From: Gammaproteobacteria bacterium
GTDB lineage: Bacteria > Pseudomonadota > Gammaproteobacteria > GCA-001735895
Assembly: GCA_029882955.1 (NCBI GenBank)
Contig: JAOUJX010000002.1
Location: 1 to 33,726, forward strand
DNA: 33,726 bases
Direction of reading: 5' to 3'
Part shown: piece after piece, positions 11,163-21,139 of the stretch
Position numbering within the stretch: position 1 is the first letter of the stretch
Layout: the number at the start of each line of letters is the position of its first letter
Translations under genes and position numbers: made by a program
Notes under the pieces: generated by a model
The model's database searches: none
What the model was told of the DNA's origin: nothing
The model's input: only the letters and a program-made list of their open reading frames with translations

Positions 11163-11186
11163 ACCGGTAAGACGAATTTTACTGGT
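11163..11186. promoter_or_regulatory. Imperfect inverted repeat, candidate antitoxin operator
   Basis: ACCGGTAA (11163-11170), an 8-nt spacer, then TTACTGGT (11179-11186). The 8-nt arms have one mismatch. It sits just upstream of the antitoxin start, inside the likely promoter (TAAAAT and TATATT hexamers are nearby on the minus strand). Confidence 0.3.
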
Positions 11187-11266
11187 AGGAATATATAATT
11201 TAAATCGATCCGGCAAGCGATACATATTCACCAGGTTGGGGAGTCTTTTTATCTTGTGGTAAGAAA

Positions 11267-11343
11267 TGGTGGCTATGCCCTGATTCGAACAGGGGACCCC
11301 ATCATTATGAGTGATGTGCTCTAACCAGCTGAGCTACATAGCC
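11267..11343 (-). tRNA. tRNA-Met (CAT), elongator type
   Basis: Minus strand: GGCTATGTAGCTCAGCTGGTTAGAGCACATCACTCATAATGATGGGGTCCCCTGTTCGAATCAGGGCATAGCCACCA. It has a 7-bp acceptor stem (GGCTATG/CATAGCC), anticodon stem CATCA/TGATG with loop CTCATAA, T-arm CCCTG-TTCGAAT-CAGGG, and an encoded CCA. Confidence 0.95.
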
Positions 11344-11465
11344 ATTGTCTGTTGCTTTGAACTGCCTGACCGGATTGCCCGGTCGAAGGGAGCGCGATTT
11401 TCCCTTGAAGTATGCCTGCTGTCAATAGCAGCGGGCTTAACCTGTTGAAAAACGCGGGTAGTTTT

Positions 11466-12557
11466 TCAAACATTAAAGCGAAAATGCACCACATCGCCTT
11501 CCTGCATTACATAATCCTTGCCTTCCAGGCGCCAGCGCCCCGCATCTTTCGCACCCTGTTCACCGTTATTATTGATGAAATCGTCGAATCCAACTACTTC
11601 GGCGCGGATGAAGCCTTTTTCGAAATCAGTATGAATCACACCCGCTGCTTTTGGCGCGGTATCCCCGACTCGGATAGTCCAGGCACGGACTTCCTGTGGA
11701 CCGGCGGTGAAGTAGGTTTGCAGGCCTAATAATTTATATCCGGCATGAATAACGCGATCCAGGCCGGGTTCACTTAAGCCCAGCTCATTGAGGAATTCGG
11801 CGGCTTCTTCGGCGTCGAGTTCGGCAATATCGGCTTCTATAGAAGCACAAACGGCTACCACTTCGGCACCTTCCGATTCGGCGTATTGAGTTAAAGCATC
11901 CAGATGCGGATTATTCTCAAATCCATCTTCGGCGACATTGGCGATATATAGCGTCGGTTTCGCCGTAATGAGATGCAAATCTTTCATCCAGCTCTTTTGA
12001 CTGTCTTCTACTTCGAACTTGCGCGCACTTTCACCGGTTTCGACGTGCGCCTGGATAGCCTGCATGAATGCGAGTTTGGCCTTGGCATCCTTGTCGTTCG
12101 ATTTAGCCAGTTTGCTGGCACGATCGAGCTGCCGGCCGATGGATTCCATATCGGCGAGCAGTAATTCGGTGTTGATGATTTCAATATCACTTAGCGGGTC
12201 GATCTTGTTACTGACGTGCACGATATCTTCGTTTTCGAAGCAACGAACTACCTGCGCAATGGCGTCTGTTTCGCGAATATGGCCGAGGAATTGATTACCC
12301 AGGCCTTCGCCCTTTGAGGCGCCGGCAACCAGACCGGCGATATCGACGAATTCCATCGTGGTCGGGATGGTCTTTTTGGGGTTTACAATATCGGCGAGTT
12401 GCTTCAGGCGCGGGTCGGGTACTTCGACGATACCGACATTCGGGTCGATAGTACAAAACGGGTAGTTTTCTGCTGCGATTCCCGCTTTGGTGAGCGAGTT
12501 AAATAAGGTCGATTTACCGACGTTGGGCAGCCCAACGATGCCACATTTAAAACCCAT
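11466..12557 (-). CDS. ychF: Ribosome-binding ATPase YchF
   Basis: 363 aa with P-loop [12 protein letters not shown] and a C-terminal YchF/TGS-like domain ([16 protein letters not shown]). It is syntenic with pth. Confidence 0.95.
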   Translation of the reverse strand: MGFKCGIVGLPNVGKSTLFNSLTKAGIAAENYPFCTIDPNVGIVEVPDPRLKQLADIVNPKKTIPTTMEFVDIAGLVAGASKGEGLGNQFLGHIRETDAIAQVVRCFENEDIVHVSNKIDPLSDIEIINTELLLADMESIGRQLDRASKLAKSNDKDAKAKLAFMQAIQAHVETGESARKFEVEDSQKSWMKDLHLITAKPTLYIANVAEDGFENNPHLDALTQYAESEGAEVVAVCASIEADIAELDAEEAAEFLNELGLSEPGLDRVIHAGYKLLGLQTYFTAGPQEVRAWTIRVGDTAPKAAGVIHTDFEKGFIRAEVVGFDDFINNNGEQGAKDAGRWRLEGKDYVMQEGDVVHFRFNV

Positions 12558-12569
12558 GATTTCTATTCT

Positions 12570-13154
12570 CTATGTATGTAATGCCTGCATGGCTTTATCT
12601 ATCCGCCCTTCAAACACCAACGGCATAACTTCTAAGGTGCGCTGATTCGCCGATTTTATTGCATCAAGTTCAGCCACCGATGGTTTATGCAACACGTAGT
12701 TGACCACCTGATTACGATCGCCAGGATGCCCGATACCGACGCGTAAACGAAAAAAATCGCGCTCGCCCAGGTGGGCAATAATATCACGCAGCCCATTATG
12801 CCCGCCGTGTCCTCCACCCTGCTTGAGGCGATTATCACCGGGCTCAAGGTCGAGTTCATCGTGCACTACCAGGATCTGCCCCGGCTTGAGCTTGTAATAC
12901 CTGGCCATAGCACCAACCGACTGACCGCTTCGGTTCATGAAGGTTTGTGGTTTTAGTAGATAAACATCTTCACCGTTATTGCGAATTTTGGTTTCTTCGG
13001 CGTTAAAACGCTTCTCGAATCGAAAAGATTGCGAAAATTGTTGCGCGAGCAAATCGACAAACCAGAACCCGGCGTTATGGCGGGTATTGACGTAGTCGGC
13101 CCCGGGATTACCGAGGCCGACAATCAAACGTATATCTGCGGTGAGTGCGGGCAC
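12570..13154 (-). CDS. pth: Peptidyl-tRNA hydrolase
   Basis: 194 aa with the Pth signature LIVGLGNPG..Y..TRHNAGFW. Confidence 0.95.
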   Translation of the reverse strand: MPALTADIRLIVGLGNPGADYVNTRHNAGFWFVDLLAQQFSQSFRFEKRFNAEETKIRNNGEDVYLLKPQTFMNRSGQSVGAMARYYKLKPGQILVVHDELDLEPGDNRLKQGGGHGGHNGLRDIIAHLGERDFFRLRVGIGHPGDRNQVVNYVLHKPSVAELDAIKSANQRTLEVMPLVFEGRIDKAMQALHT

Positions 13155-13163
13155 CCGGAAAAA

Positions 13164-13817
13164 CTAGCCTTCGCTAGCCCCTTCATCGCCTTCGATGGCT
13201 GGCGCTTCGGGAGCTTCGCTAGGAACTTCTTCAGTTGCACGAGTTTTCACTACCGAAAGAATACCGGTATCGTGATCTTCACCATGCGTCAGTGCAACAA
13301 TTTCGACACCTTCCGGCATTTTGATGTCGGATAGATGCACGATATCACCGAGGTGCACTTCAGTTGCATCGACTTCGAGATATTCTGGCAGGAACTTCGG
13401 CAAACAGAGCACTTCGATTTCTGTTACCAGTTGCGTCATCATGCCGCCGTCCATTTTCACACCAACGCAGTTTTCTGCATTGACAACGTGAATTGGAACA
13501 ACCACGTGAATCGGCTTCTTCTTGTCGATACGGAAAAAATCAGCATGCAAAATGCGATTTTTATAGGGGTGGCGTTGCAAATCACGCAAGATGACTTCTT
13601 CGCTATCCTTACCGACTTTGAGACTGATGATTTGCGTATAAATCGCTTCATTTTCGAGTTCGTGTGCGAACGCGTCATGTGCGAGGCTGACTGAAACGGG
13701 ATCGCTCTCGCCCCCGTATACGATTGCTGGAACCATATTCATGCGTCTCAGGCGGCGGCTCGCACCTTTCCCTGAATCTGCACGTGGTTCAGCACTCAAC
13801 TTGATAATATCTGACAT
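13164..13817 (-). CDS. rplY: 50S ribosomal protein L25, long Ctc form
   Basis: 217 aa with an N-terminal L25 domain (RRLRRMNMVPAIVYGG) and an acidic C-terminal extension. It occupies the prs-ctc-pth position. Confidence 0.9.
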   Translation of the reverse strand: MSDIIKLSAEPRADSGKGASRRLRRMNMVPAIVYGGESDPVSVSLAHDAFAHELENEAIYTQIISLKVGKDSEEVILRDLQRHPYKNRILHADFFRIDKKKPIHVVVPIHVVNAENCVGVKMDGGMMTQLVTEIEVLCLPKFLPEYLEVDATEVHLGDIVHLSDIKMPEGVEIVALTHGEDHDTGILSVVKTRATEEVPSEAPEAPAIEGDEGASEG

Positions 13818-13828
13818 TGCTGTACTCC

Positions 13829-13879
13829 AAAAACAAAAAAACCGTCGTTTGACGGAAACCTCTCTTGCGACCAGAGAGG
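13829..13879 (-). terminator. Tandem hairpins plus a U-run between prs and rplY (partial terminator/attenuator)
   Basis: Minus strand: CCTCTCT-GGTCGCA-AGAGAGG (7 bp), then CCGTC-AAAC-GACGG followed by TTTTTTTGTTTTT. It lies directly upstream of the rplY RBS (GGAG). Confidence 0.4.
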
Positions 13880-13935
13880 AGCTTAAACATCGCTCATGCG
13901 ATGATCGTTAGTCCCCGTAAATTAAACTAAGCACA

Positions 13936-14901
13936 TTAATCCATGTACAGGGAACTAACCGATTCTTCAAAATGGATGCGGCGGATTGTCTCTGCCAGCA
14001 TTCCAGCGACCGATACCTGACGAATTTTGCTGCATTTCGTCGCTTGTTCTGACAGCGGAATAGTATCGGTAACCACCAGTGCGTCCAGCACTGAGTTTTC
14101 AACATTCTCTATCGCCTTTCCCGATAACACCGGGTGGGTACAATAAGCGTAAACGCCTATTGCGCCGTGTTCTTTCAATGCCTCACCTGCTTTACACAGA
14201 GTACCGGCAGTATCGACCATATCGTCGACGATGATGCAGGTCTTGCCTTCGACTTCACCGATGATATTCATGACCTGCGCCTGATTCGCCTGTGGGCGCC
14301 GCTTGTCAATAATCGCCAGGTCGGCGTCATCGAGTTGCTTTGCGACTGCTCTGGCACGGACTACACCGCCGACGTCGGGCGAAACCACTATCATCTCGGG
14401 ATACTTCTGTTTCCAGATATCACCCATCAAAATCGGCGAGGCATAAACATTATCGACCAGGCATTCAAAAAAGCCCTGGATCTGATCTGCGTGTAAATCA
14501 ACAGTCAAAACCCGGTCAACGCCGACGCTACTGAGTATGTTAGCAACCACCTTGGCGGTAATCGGTACACGTTGCGAGCGTACTCGGCGATCCTGACGCG
14601 CATATCCGAAATAGGGGATCACCGCTGTAACTCGATCCGACGATGCTCGCTTTATGGCATCGATCATGACCAGCAATTCCATCAGGTTATCATTCGTCGG
14701 TGTACAGGTCGGTTGGATGATAAATACATCCTTACCGCGCACATTTTCGCCGATTTCTACTGCCGTTTCACCATCGCTGAAAGTCGTTACCGACGCAATC
14801 CCGAGAGGGATATCCAGGTGACGCGCCACTGCCCGGGATAACTCCGGGTTGGCGTTACCGGTGAAGACCATCAGTTCGTTAGTGACGATATTGCCAGCCA
14901 T
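13936..14901 (-). CDS. prs: Ribose-phosphate pyrophosphokinase
   Basis: Contains [12 protein letters not shown] and [11 protein letters not shown] plus the PRPP-binding loop [13 protein letters not shown]. The ATG at 14901 has GAGAG upstream. An alternative ATG at 14871 ([11 protein letters not shown]) cannot be excluded. Confidence 0.95.
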   Translation of the reverse strand: MAGNIVTNELMVFTGNANPELSRAVARHLDIPLGIASVTTFSDGETAVEIGENVRGKDVFIIQPTCTPTNDNLMELLVMIDAIKRASSDRVTAVIPYFGYARQDRRVRSQRVPITAKVVANILSSVGVDRVLTVDLHADQIQGFFECLVDNVYASPILMGDIWKQKYPEMIVVSPDVGGVVRARAVAKQLDDADLAIIDKRRPQANQAQVMNIIGEVEGKTCIIVDDMVDTAGTLCKAGEALKEHGAIGVYAYCTHPVLSGKAIENVENSVLDALVVTDTIPLSEQATKCSKIRQVSVAGMLAETIRRIHFEESVSSLYMD

Positions 14902-15112
14902 TGAGTACTCTCGGTATTAACAAAACTATTAATTGGCCGTTTATTTTCCGTGGCATTTTCGCCTGGATTGGGAAATACCTCCTGTATTTCACCCTTCGGG
15001 CCGTCCTTACGGATGTCCAAAATTGCCTCCTGCAATTTTGTCGAACCGTGTTGGTTCGTCTCCAGTCGTGATAACTCGATATCGATATCATGCTGGGTGT
15101 ATTTACTTAAAA

Positions 15113-15187
15113 TGGCTGGGCCGGCTGGATTCGAACCAACGCATGCCAGGATCAAAACCTGGTGCCTTACCGCTTGGCGACGGCCCA
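15113..15187 (-). tRNA. tRNA-Gln (TTG)
   Basis: Minus strand: TGGGCCGTCGCCAAGCGGTAAGGCACCAGGTTTTGATCCTGGCATGCGTTGGTTCGAATCCAGCCGGCCCAGCCA. The acceptor stem is TGGGCCG/CGGCCCA, the anticodon stem CCAGG/CCTGG with loop TTTTGAT, and CCA is encoded. Confidence 0.95.
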
Positions 15188-15213
15188 TTAAACTTTCTAC
15201 TGAAAATGACAGT

Positions 15214-16068
15214 TTAGTCGTCATTTTCAAAAATTCCACATTTGGCGTGAACCGGATTACGATTCATGCCTCTGGCAACATAACTCTGCCAATGCCGGGG
15301 CACGCGCGATTTTACACCTTCTGCCGCTTCGAGGCTATCGAAAGCAGCGTACACGCAAGCGCCGGTACCGGTCATTCTGGCTCGGGAAAACTGGTTTAAC
15401 CAGTCGATTGCCTCGCCGACCGCAGGATAAAGCTGTCGAGCTACGGGCTCACAGACATTTGTGCCTGCCCCATCCAGAAAGGCGCGTATTGTGATTGCAT
15501 CGCAGTGACGTGTCAATTGCTCAGCGTTAAAAATTTCAGCGGTAGAGACCGCAATATCGGGGTATATCACCAGATAACAGGGTTCCGGCAGTTGAATTGG
15601 CGTTAGTTGCTCGCCGATACCACTGGCCCAGGCCGCTTTGCCATGAATAAAAACCGGTACATCAGCACCCAGTTCAAGGCCGATTTCTGCCAGTTCATCG
15701 AGCGTCAAACCGAGGTTCCAGAGCTTGTTCAACGCCAGCAAACAGCTGGCCGCGTTCGAACTACCGCCACCCAGTCCGCCGCCAACGGGAATTTGCTTGT
15801 CGATAGATATCTGCACGCCCCGAGAAACAACATAGCGACTCTTTAGCTGACGAGCAGCGCGCAGTACGATATCTTCAGTCTCAAGCACTGGCGTCCTGCT
15901 ATTGACTCGACGAATATCAGGCGAATCGCCAACTTCAAACGTCATGCGATCATTCAAATCGATGAACTGGAACACAGTTTCCAGCAAGTGATAGCCATCT
16001 GCGCGCCTGCCGGTAATATGTAGCATTAAATTGAGTTTGGCGGGCGAATTCAGCGTCAGCCGGGTCAA
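15214..16068 (-). CDS. ispE: 4-diphosphocytidyl-2-C-methyl-D-erythritol kinase
   Basis: 284 aa with the N-terminal PAKLNLMLHITGRR block and the GHMP-kinase motif PVGGGLGGGSSNAAS. It is syntenic with lolB. Confidence 0.93.
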   Translation of the reverse strand: MTRLTLNSPAKLNLMLHITGRRADGYHLLETVFQFIDLNDRMTFEVGDSPDIRRVNSRTPVLETEDIVLRAARQLKSRYVVSRGVQISIDKQIPVGGGLGGGSSNAASCLLALNKLWNLGLTLDELAEIGLELGADVPVFIHGKAAWASGIGEQLTPIQLPEPCYLVIYPDIAVSTAEIFNAEQLTRHCDAITIRAFLDGAGTNVCEPVARQLYPAVGEAIDWLNQFSRARMTGTGACVYAAFDSLEAAEGVKSRVPRHWQSYVARGMNRNPVHAKCGIFENDD

Positions 16069-16079
16069 CAGCTATGGTC

Positions 16080-16748
16080 TCAGTTAAATTCCGGGAAGAG
16101 CCCGGAGTCGACATGGATAGCATCCGGCTTCTGCCAGCGCTCAATAACGATCTTGATCTCCAGGTCATCGCGCTTCAAATACAGCTTACGAGGTAAGCCA
16201 CGCGCCGAGTTGTCTGGCTCAAAATAATCAAGATAACTAATGTGCCAGCCACCCTGGTCTAACGACCTGAGCCTGCCATCGCCATTTAAATCGAGGCGAA
16301 GATCTGCCTTCTTCTGCGGGATACCCCGAATCCAGAATTCTAAGCCACTGACTGGAATCGACCAGCCTATCACTCTTTCCAGGACTTCCTCGGCATCGTT
16401 CGCCAGCACGGCCTGCCCATCGGGTAAATGCAGGGAAACCGGGGTCGACAGGTTTTGATCTGCCTGCAATTGAAATACACCCTGCCCAAAAGGTGCTTCG
16501 AGCATCATTTCGTAACCCAGCGGATCTCTACGCCATTTCAGGCCGGTGCTGTAAACTTCGTCTTTTGCCATAATGACCGCTCTGCCGTACAGATCCCAGC
16601 GATTAAAACGAGCTGCCTCAAGTTGATATTGAGACCACTTTTGCTGACTTTGGTGATCTACTTCTATGATTGGTAAACCGCCACAGGCTGATATAAACAG
16701 CATGACCAGTGTTACCAGAATAAATTTACATGCCTGTTTCAGCTTCAT
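16080..16748 (-). CDS. lolB: Outer-membrane lipoprotein LolB
   Basis: Internal ATG 16748 gives a lipoprotein signal, MKLKQACKFILVTLVMLFISAC, with lipobox ISAC. The track start at 16814 would bury this signal and overlap the TPR gene. The position between the TPR gene and ispE is canonical. Confidence 0.85.
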   Translation of the reverse strand: MKLKQACKFILVTLVMLFISACGGLPIIEVDHQSQQKWSQYQLEAARFNRWDLYGRAVIMAKDEVYSTGLKWRRDPLGYEMMLEAPFGQGVFQLQADQNLSTPVSLHLPDGQAVLANDAEEVLERVIGWSIPVSGLEFWIRGIPQKKADLRLDLNGDGRLRSLDQGGWHISYLDYFEPDNSARGLPRKLYLKRDDLEIKIVIERWQKPDAIHVDSGLFPEFN

Positions 16749-16788
16749 AAAGTGATCGGTAAATTTTAAAAAAACGCGAGGCAGGGAA

Positions 16789-18531
16789 TTAGCGTATAAA
16801 TCGCCGCATAACATCTTCGATATGTGGATCGTTAGGTGATTTTTGTAGTGCCTTTTTCCATATCACGCGGGCTTCATCCTGACGACCCGTAACCCATAAT
16901 ACTTCACCCAGATGTGCGGCGATTTCAGAGTCGGCATATTGCGAAAAAGCCTGTCGTAATAGTTTTATGGCTTCCTCATATCGACCCAGGCGATAATTGA
17001 CCCAGCCAAAGCTATCGATAATGGCAGCGTCTTCGGGCATGATTTCAATTGCTCGCTTAATTAACTCATAGGCCTCCTGATAACGATCTGTCTGATCTGC
17101 CAGGGTAAATCCCAGCGCATTAAGGGCATGCGCGTTGTCTGGCTCGGTTTTCAGTATGGCTTTAAGGTCGGCCTCGAGAATGTCAATTCGGCCAATATTC
17201 TGCGCAGTCATCGCTCGCGCATACAGCAGATCATTATTTCCGGGAACGATACCAAGCGCCGTATTATAGACTTCGACCGCCTCATGATATTTATCCACCG
17301 AGCGTAATAACCCGCCTTCCGCCAGGTAGATACGAACCAGTGAGGCATTCGACTGACTACCCTTAAGCATCGCTTTCAGGTAATCATGCGCTTCTTCGAT
17401 ACGACCGGATCGACCCAGCATATCGGCAATGCGTAAACGTGAATCGAACTGATATTGGCCATCGTGTACCTGCTTATACCAGTCGATGGCGTCATCATAT
17501 CGCTGGCGCTCCTCGTTGACACGTCCCAGATAATATTGCGCTTCGCCTTTGCGCTCACCCATCTCTACCAGCTTGCGCAGATACATCTCAGCATCATCAA
17601 GGCGCTGGGCATCAAGGGACAACAAGCCCAGCGTGTACAATAATTCGACATTATCAGGGGAAGCTTTGTGCAACTTTTCGAACTCGCCCCGGGCTTTTTC
17701 GTAATGCTTGATATCAACCAGCAAACGGGCATAAGTCATACGCAAGCTCTGGTCATCGGGTGAACGCATGATCGCTTTTTCGAGGCTAACCACGGCTTCT
17801 TCCTGGCGTTCCATTTTAAGTAACAATTTAGCACGAGCATTATGAGCACCTTCTATTTCTTCGAAAGCTAATGCCCGGTCTATAAAATATAGCGCTTCTT
17901 CAGCCTCGCCACTCTGTGCGGTTATCATGCCATGCAGGTAAAGTGCATAGGCTCGAAAGGGGTAGGCATCAGCAATCTTTCGCGTCACCGCTAGCACGGT
18001 CGAGGTATTTTTTTCGCGCGCCAGCACACCCAGTAAAGAGACAAACAGGGGTTTGTCGTCGAGTTCGCTAGCCTGGATAACGCCGTTCAGATACGAAAAC
18101 GCCTCGTTTACCCTGCCCTGACGAATATATATTGAGGCAATTACCTGCTTGGCGTCGATCCGCTCCGGATCCAGTTCGAGCCAGCGTTGTGCGGCCTCGA
18201 TAGCTGCTTCCAGGTTTTCACCATATACCGCAACACGCACTGCTCGTTCAGCGATTGCCGGATTTTTCTGCGATTTGGCGAGTGCTAGATAATGCTCAGT
18301 CGCCAACGCAGCCTCGCCACTATATATGGCCATTTCGGCCACTAACAGACGGTAACTATCCTCACCAAAGACGTCACTACCAGGTGCCCGTGGAATAATT
18401 TCAACCGGATCGGTTTGCACCAGTGAATCGTTTCTTAGCGACTGGCTTTGCAAACCCGCACAGGCGGATACAAATAGCATTAATAACAAAGCCGAAAAAA
18501 ATCTTGTTCCTGAATAAATTATCAATCTCAT
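16789..18531 (-). CDS. TPR-repeat lipoprotein, the conserved neighbour of lolB/hemA
   Basis: ATG 18531 gives MRLIIYSGTRFFSALLLMLFVSAC with lipobox VSAC. The remainder consists of tandem TPR-like helical repeats (A..Y..A....G....A...F..AL). The track start at 18558 adds 9 residues. Confidence 0.8.
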   Translation of the reverse strand: MRLIIYSGTRFFSALLLMLFVSACAGLQSQSLRNDSLVQTDPVEIIPRAPGSDVFGEDSYRLLVAEMAIYSGEAALATEHYLALAKSQKNPAIAERAVRVAVYGENLEAAIEAAQRWLELDPERIDAKQVIASIYIRQGRVNEAFSYLNGVIQASELDDKPLFVSLLGVLAREKNTSTVLAVTRKIADAYPFRAYALYLHGMITAQSGEAEEALYFIDRALAFEEIEGAHNARAKLLLKMERQEEAVVSLEKAIMRSPDDQSLRMTYARLLVDIKHYEKARGEFEKLHKASPDNVELLYTLGLLSLDAQRLDDAEMYLRKLVEMGERKGEAQYYLGRVNEERQRYDDAIDWYKQVHDGQYQFDSRLRIADMLGRSGRIEEAHDYLKAMLKGSQSNASLVRIYLAEGGLLRSVDKYHEAVEVYNTALGIVPGNNDLLYARAMTAQNIGRIDILEADLKAILKTEPDNAHALNALGFTLADQTDRYQEAYELIKRAIEIMPEDAAIIDSFGWVNYRLGRYEEAIKLLRQAFSQYADSEIAAHLGEVLWVTGRQDEARVIWKKALQKSPNDPHIEDVMRRFIR

Positions 18532-18772
18532 GCCAGTTTCGTTGGTCGGGTTTACCATTCTTTAACTCCAGCGAGTGTAGCACTCCACCACTAAAGCGAG
18601 AAGTTTGCGGCGGATTATAATGACATTTTTAACCACCACCTGGGCTGTAAGGCCCTGGTTTGATTCGATCAGGCGCAGTTCGTTCCTAAATTACAGGTTA
18701 ATTCGTGCTCTGGCTTGTATTTAGTGAGGCAATACCGGAAAATCGTAAGCTGAAACGCAATACGCCTTTACC

Positions 18773-20023
18773 ATGTCCCTACTCTCACTTGGCATCAATC
18801 ATCAGACCGCACCAGTCGACATACGCGAAAAAGTCGCTTTTTCGACCGATCAGGTGGATGTCGCTCTGCGTGAGCTAAAAGCCCTGCCGATCGTAAACGA
18901 GTCGGTTATCGTCTCCACCTGTAACCGCACTGAAATATACTGCGATCTCACAGTCGATAGCGAACATACATTATCGCACTGGCTGTCGCGTTATCACGGT
19001 ATGAGCGAAGATGCCCTACTGCCTTATATTTATCAGCATAATAACGAAGAAGCCGCCCGCCATTTGTTCCGCGTCGCCTCCGGGCTCGATTCGATGGTGT
19101 TGGGAGAACCGCAAATTCTCGGCCAGTTGAAAACCTCCTATGACCAGGCGCGCAGTGGCAAAAGCATTAACTCTGTACTGGACCGCCTGTTTCAGCATTC
19201 CTTCAACGTCGCCAAACGCGTGCGTACCGATACTGAGATCGGTAGCAATGCTGTTTCCGTGGCTTTTGCGGCAGTGAATCTGTCGAAACAGATATTTGGC
19301 AACCTGCACGAATTACGCGCCCTGTTAATCGGCGCCGGAGAAACCATCGAGTTAGTATCGCGTCATCTAAAGCGACAGAATATCGGTTCCATCGTGATTG
19401 CTAATCGCAGCCTCGAAAATGCACAGAGACTGGCTGATGAAATCGGTGCCGAGGCCGTGGAGATTAACGCTGTTCCAGAGCAACTGATAAATGCCGATAT
19501 TGTCATTTCATCAACCGCCAGCCAGCTGCCGATACTTGGCAAAGGAGCGACCGAAACGGCGTTGCGGCAGCGTAAACACAGGCCCATTTTTATGGTCGAC
19601 CTCGCCGTACCGCGCGATATCGAGAGCCAGGTGGGGGAACTCAACGACATTTACCTTTACACGGTTGATGACCTCAGAAACGTCATCGATGAAAATCTTC
19701 GCTCGCGCGAAATAGCAGCCGAAGCGGCGGCGGAAATTATCAACCTGGAAGTGATAGCATTCGATCAGTGGTTACGCACACATCAGTCTGCCGACCATAT
19801 CCGCGAGCTACGCAAGAAAGCAGAAACCATAAAGCAACAATGCATCGAAAAGGCCCTGATACAATTTCGGCAGGATGGGGACGCCGAAAAAGCAATAAAA
19901 GCACTGGCAAATAACCTGACCAACAAAATGATCCACGGGCCAACCATAGAAATGCGTAAGGCCCTGAAAAATCAGGATGAAGAAGCCATTCTTCTGCTGC
20001 AATCACTCATCTCTACCGACTAG
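18773..20023 (+). CDS. hemA: Glutamyl-tRNA reductase
   Basis: Begins MSLLSLGINHQTAPVDIREKVAF. The catalytic Cys lies in VSTCNRTEIY, and the NADPH-binding loop is LIGAGETIE. Confidence 0.95.
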   Translation: MSLLSLGINHQTAPVDIREKVAFSTDQVDVALRELKALPIVNESVIVSTCNRTEIYCDLTVDSEHTLSHWLSRYHGMSEDALLPYIYQHNNEEAARHLFRVASGLDSMVLGEPQILGQLKTSYDQARSGKSINSVLDRLFQHSFNVAKRVRTDTEIGSNAVSVAFAAVNLSKQIFGNLHELRALLIGAGETIELVSRHLKRQNIGSIVIANRSLENAQRLADEIGAEAVEINAVPEQLINADIVISSTASQLPILGKGATETALRQRKHRPIFMVDLAVPRDIESQVGELNDIYLYTVDDLRNVIDENLRSREIAAEAAAEIINLEVIAFDQWLRTHQSADHIRELRKKAETIKQQCIEKALIQFRQDGDAEKAIKALANNLTNKMIHGPTIEMRKALKNQDEEAILLLQSLISTD

Positions 20024-20035
20024 TACCCATCATAA

Positions 20036-21136
20036 ATGAAAGAATCCCTGCTCAATAAGCTCGAACTGCTTTGTGCCCGCCACGAGGAAATAGCGGCATT
20101 ATTATCCGACATAGAAACCATCAACGATCAGGATAAATTTCGAAACCTGTCGATGGAATATGCCCAGCTAGAAAACGTGGTGAAAAGTTTTAACGCCTAC
20201 CAGCAGGCGCAGGAGGCTTTGCATTCAGCCCGCGAAATGCTTGAAGAAGACGATGCCGAAATGCGGCAAATGGCCGAGGAGGAAATTGCGGAAAATACCG
20301 CTGCGATAGAAGCTCTCGAAGTGGAACTACAGAAATTATTGCTACCCAAAGATCCCAACGATACAGCTAATGTGTTTCTCGAAGTGCGTGCCGGAACCGG
20401 TGGCGACGAAGCCGCAATTTTTGCCGGTGATTTATTCCGCATGTATAGCCGTTATGCCGAGTCACAAAAATGGCAGATGGAAATCCTTAACAGTAACGAA
20501 GGTGAACACGGCGGCTATAAGGAAATTATCGCTCGAATCATTGGTCACGGCGCTTACTCGCATTTGAAATTCGAATCGGGTGCGCACCGGGTACAACGAG
20601 TACCGGAGACCGAGTCTCAGGGTCGGGTACATACTTCGGCGGCCACGGTGGCAATCATCCCCGAAGGTGAAGAAGTCGAGATGATCGAAATCAATCCAGG
20701 CGACTTGCGCGTCGACACTTTCCGCGCTTCGGGTGCTGGCGGGCAGCATGTCAACAAAACCGATTCCGCCATTCGTCTAACCCATTTACCTACTGGCACG
20801 GTGGTTGAGTGCCAGGACGAGCGCTCGCAACATAAAAACCGAGCTCGTGCCATGTCGTTGCTACAGGCCCGGATTTATGATGCCGAGAAACAAAAGCAGG
20901 AAAAGGAACAGGCCGCCGAACGCAAATCGCTGGTCGGTGGCGGCGACCGTTCCGAGCGGATTCGCACCTATAATTTCCCACAGGGAAGATTAACCGATCA
21001 TCGCATTAACCTGACTCTGTATAAGCTCGAAGAAATTATGCAGGGCTCACTAGGTCAGGTAGTTGATCCACTTATGCATGAATATCAGGCCGAACAGCTT
21101 GCTAATCTGGCCAACGATAATCAGTCCATAGGCTGA
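20036..21136 (+). CDS. prfA: Peptide chain release factor 1
   Basis: RF1-type PxT tripeptide (VPETES) and GGQ motif ([16 protein letters not shown]) in a 366-aa protein. Confidence 0.97.
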   Translation: MKESLLNKLELLCARHEEIAALLSDIETINDQDKFRNLSMEYAQLENVVKSFNAYQQAQEALHSAREMLEEDDAEMRQMAEEEIAENTAAIEALEVELQKLLLPKDPNDTANVFLEVRAGTGGDEAAIFAGDLFRMYSRYAESQKWQMEILNSNEGEHGGYKEIIARIIGHGAYSHLKFESGAHRVQRVPETESQGRVHTSAATVAIIPEGEEVEMIEINPGDLRVDTFRASGAGGQHVNKTDSAIRLTHLPTGTVVECQDERSQHKNRARAMSLLQARIYDAEKQKQEKEQAAERKSLVGGGDRSERIRTYNFPQGRLTDHRINLTLYKLEEIMQGSLGQVVDPLMHEYQAEQLANLANDNQSIG

Positions 21137-21139
21137 TTC

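Noticed and set aside
11412-12294. Plus-strand ORFs inside ychF (11412..11729, 11973..12164, 12019..12294)
   Set aside because: They are antisense to a highly conserved GTPase-fold gene and are shadow ORFs.
14871-15399. ORFs 14871..15239 -, 14933..15217 + and 14950..15399 +
   Set aside because: They run across the tRNA-Gln gene, the prs promoter region and the ispE 3' end. None has a recognisable motif, so I treat them as artefacts of an ORF-permissive spacer.
16749-16814. Upstream extension of lolB (track start 16814) and of the TPR gene (18532-18558)
   Set aside because: The extensions would bury otherwise perfect lipoprotein signal peptides (lipoboxes ISAC and VSAC). The lolB extension would also overlap the TPR gene by 26 nt.
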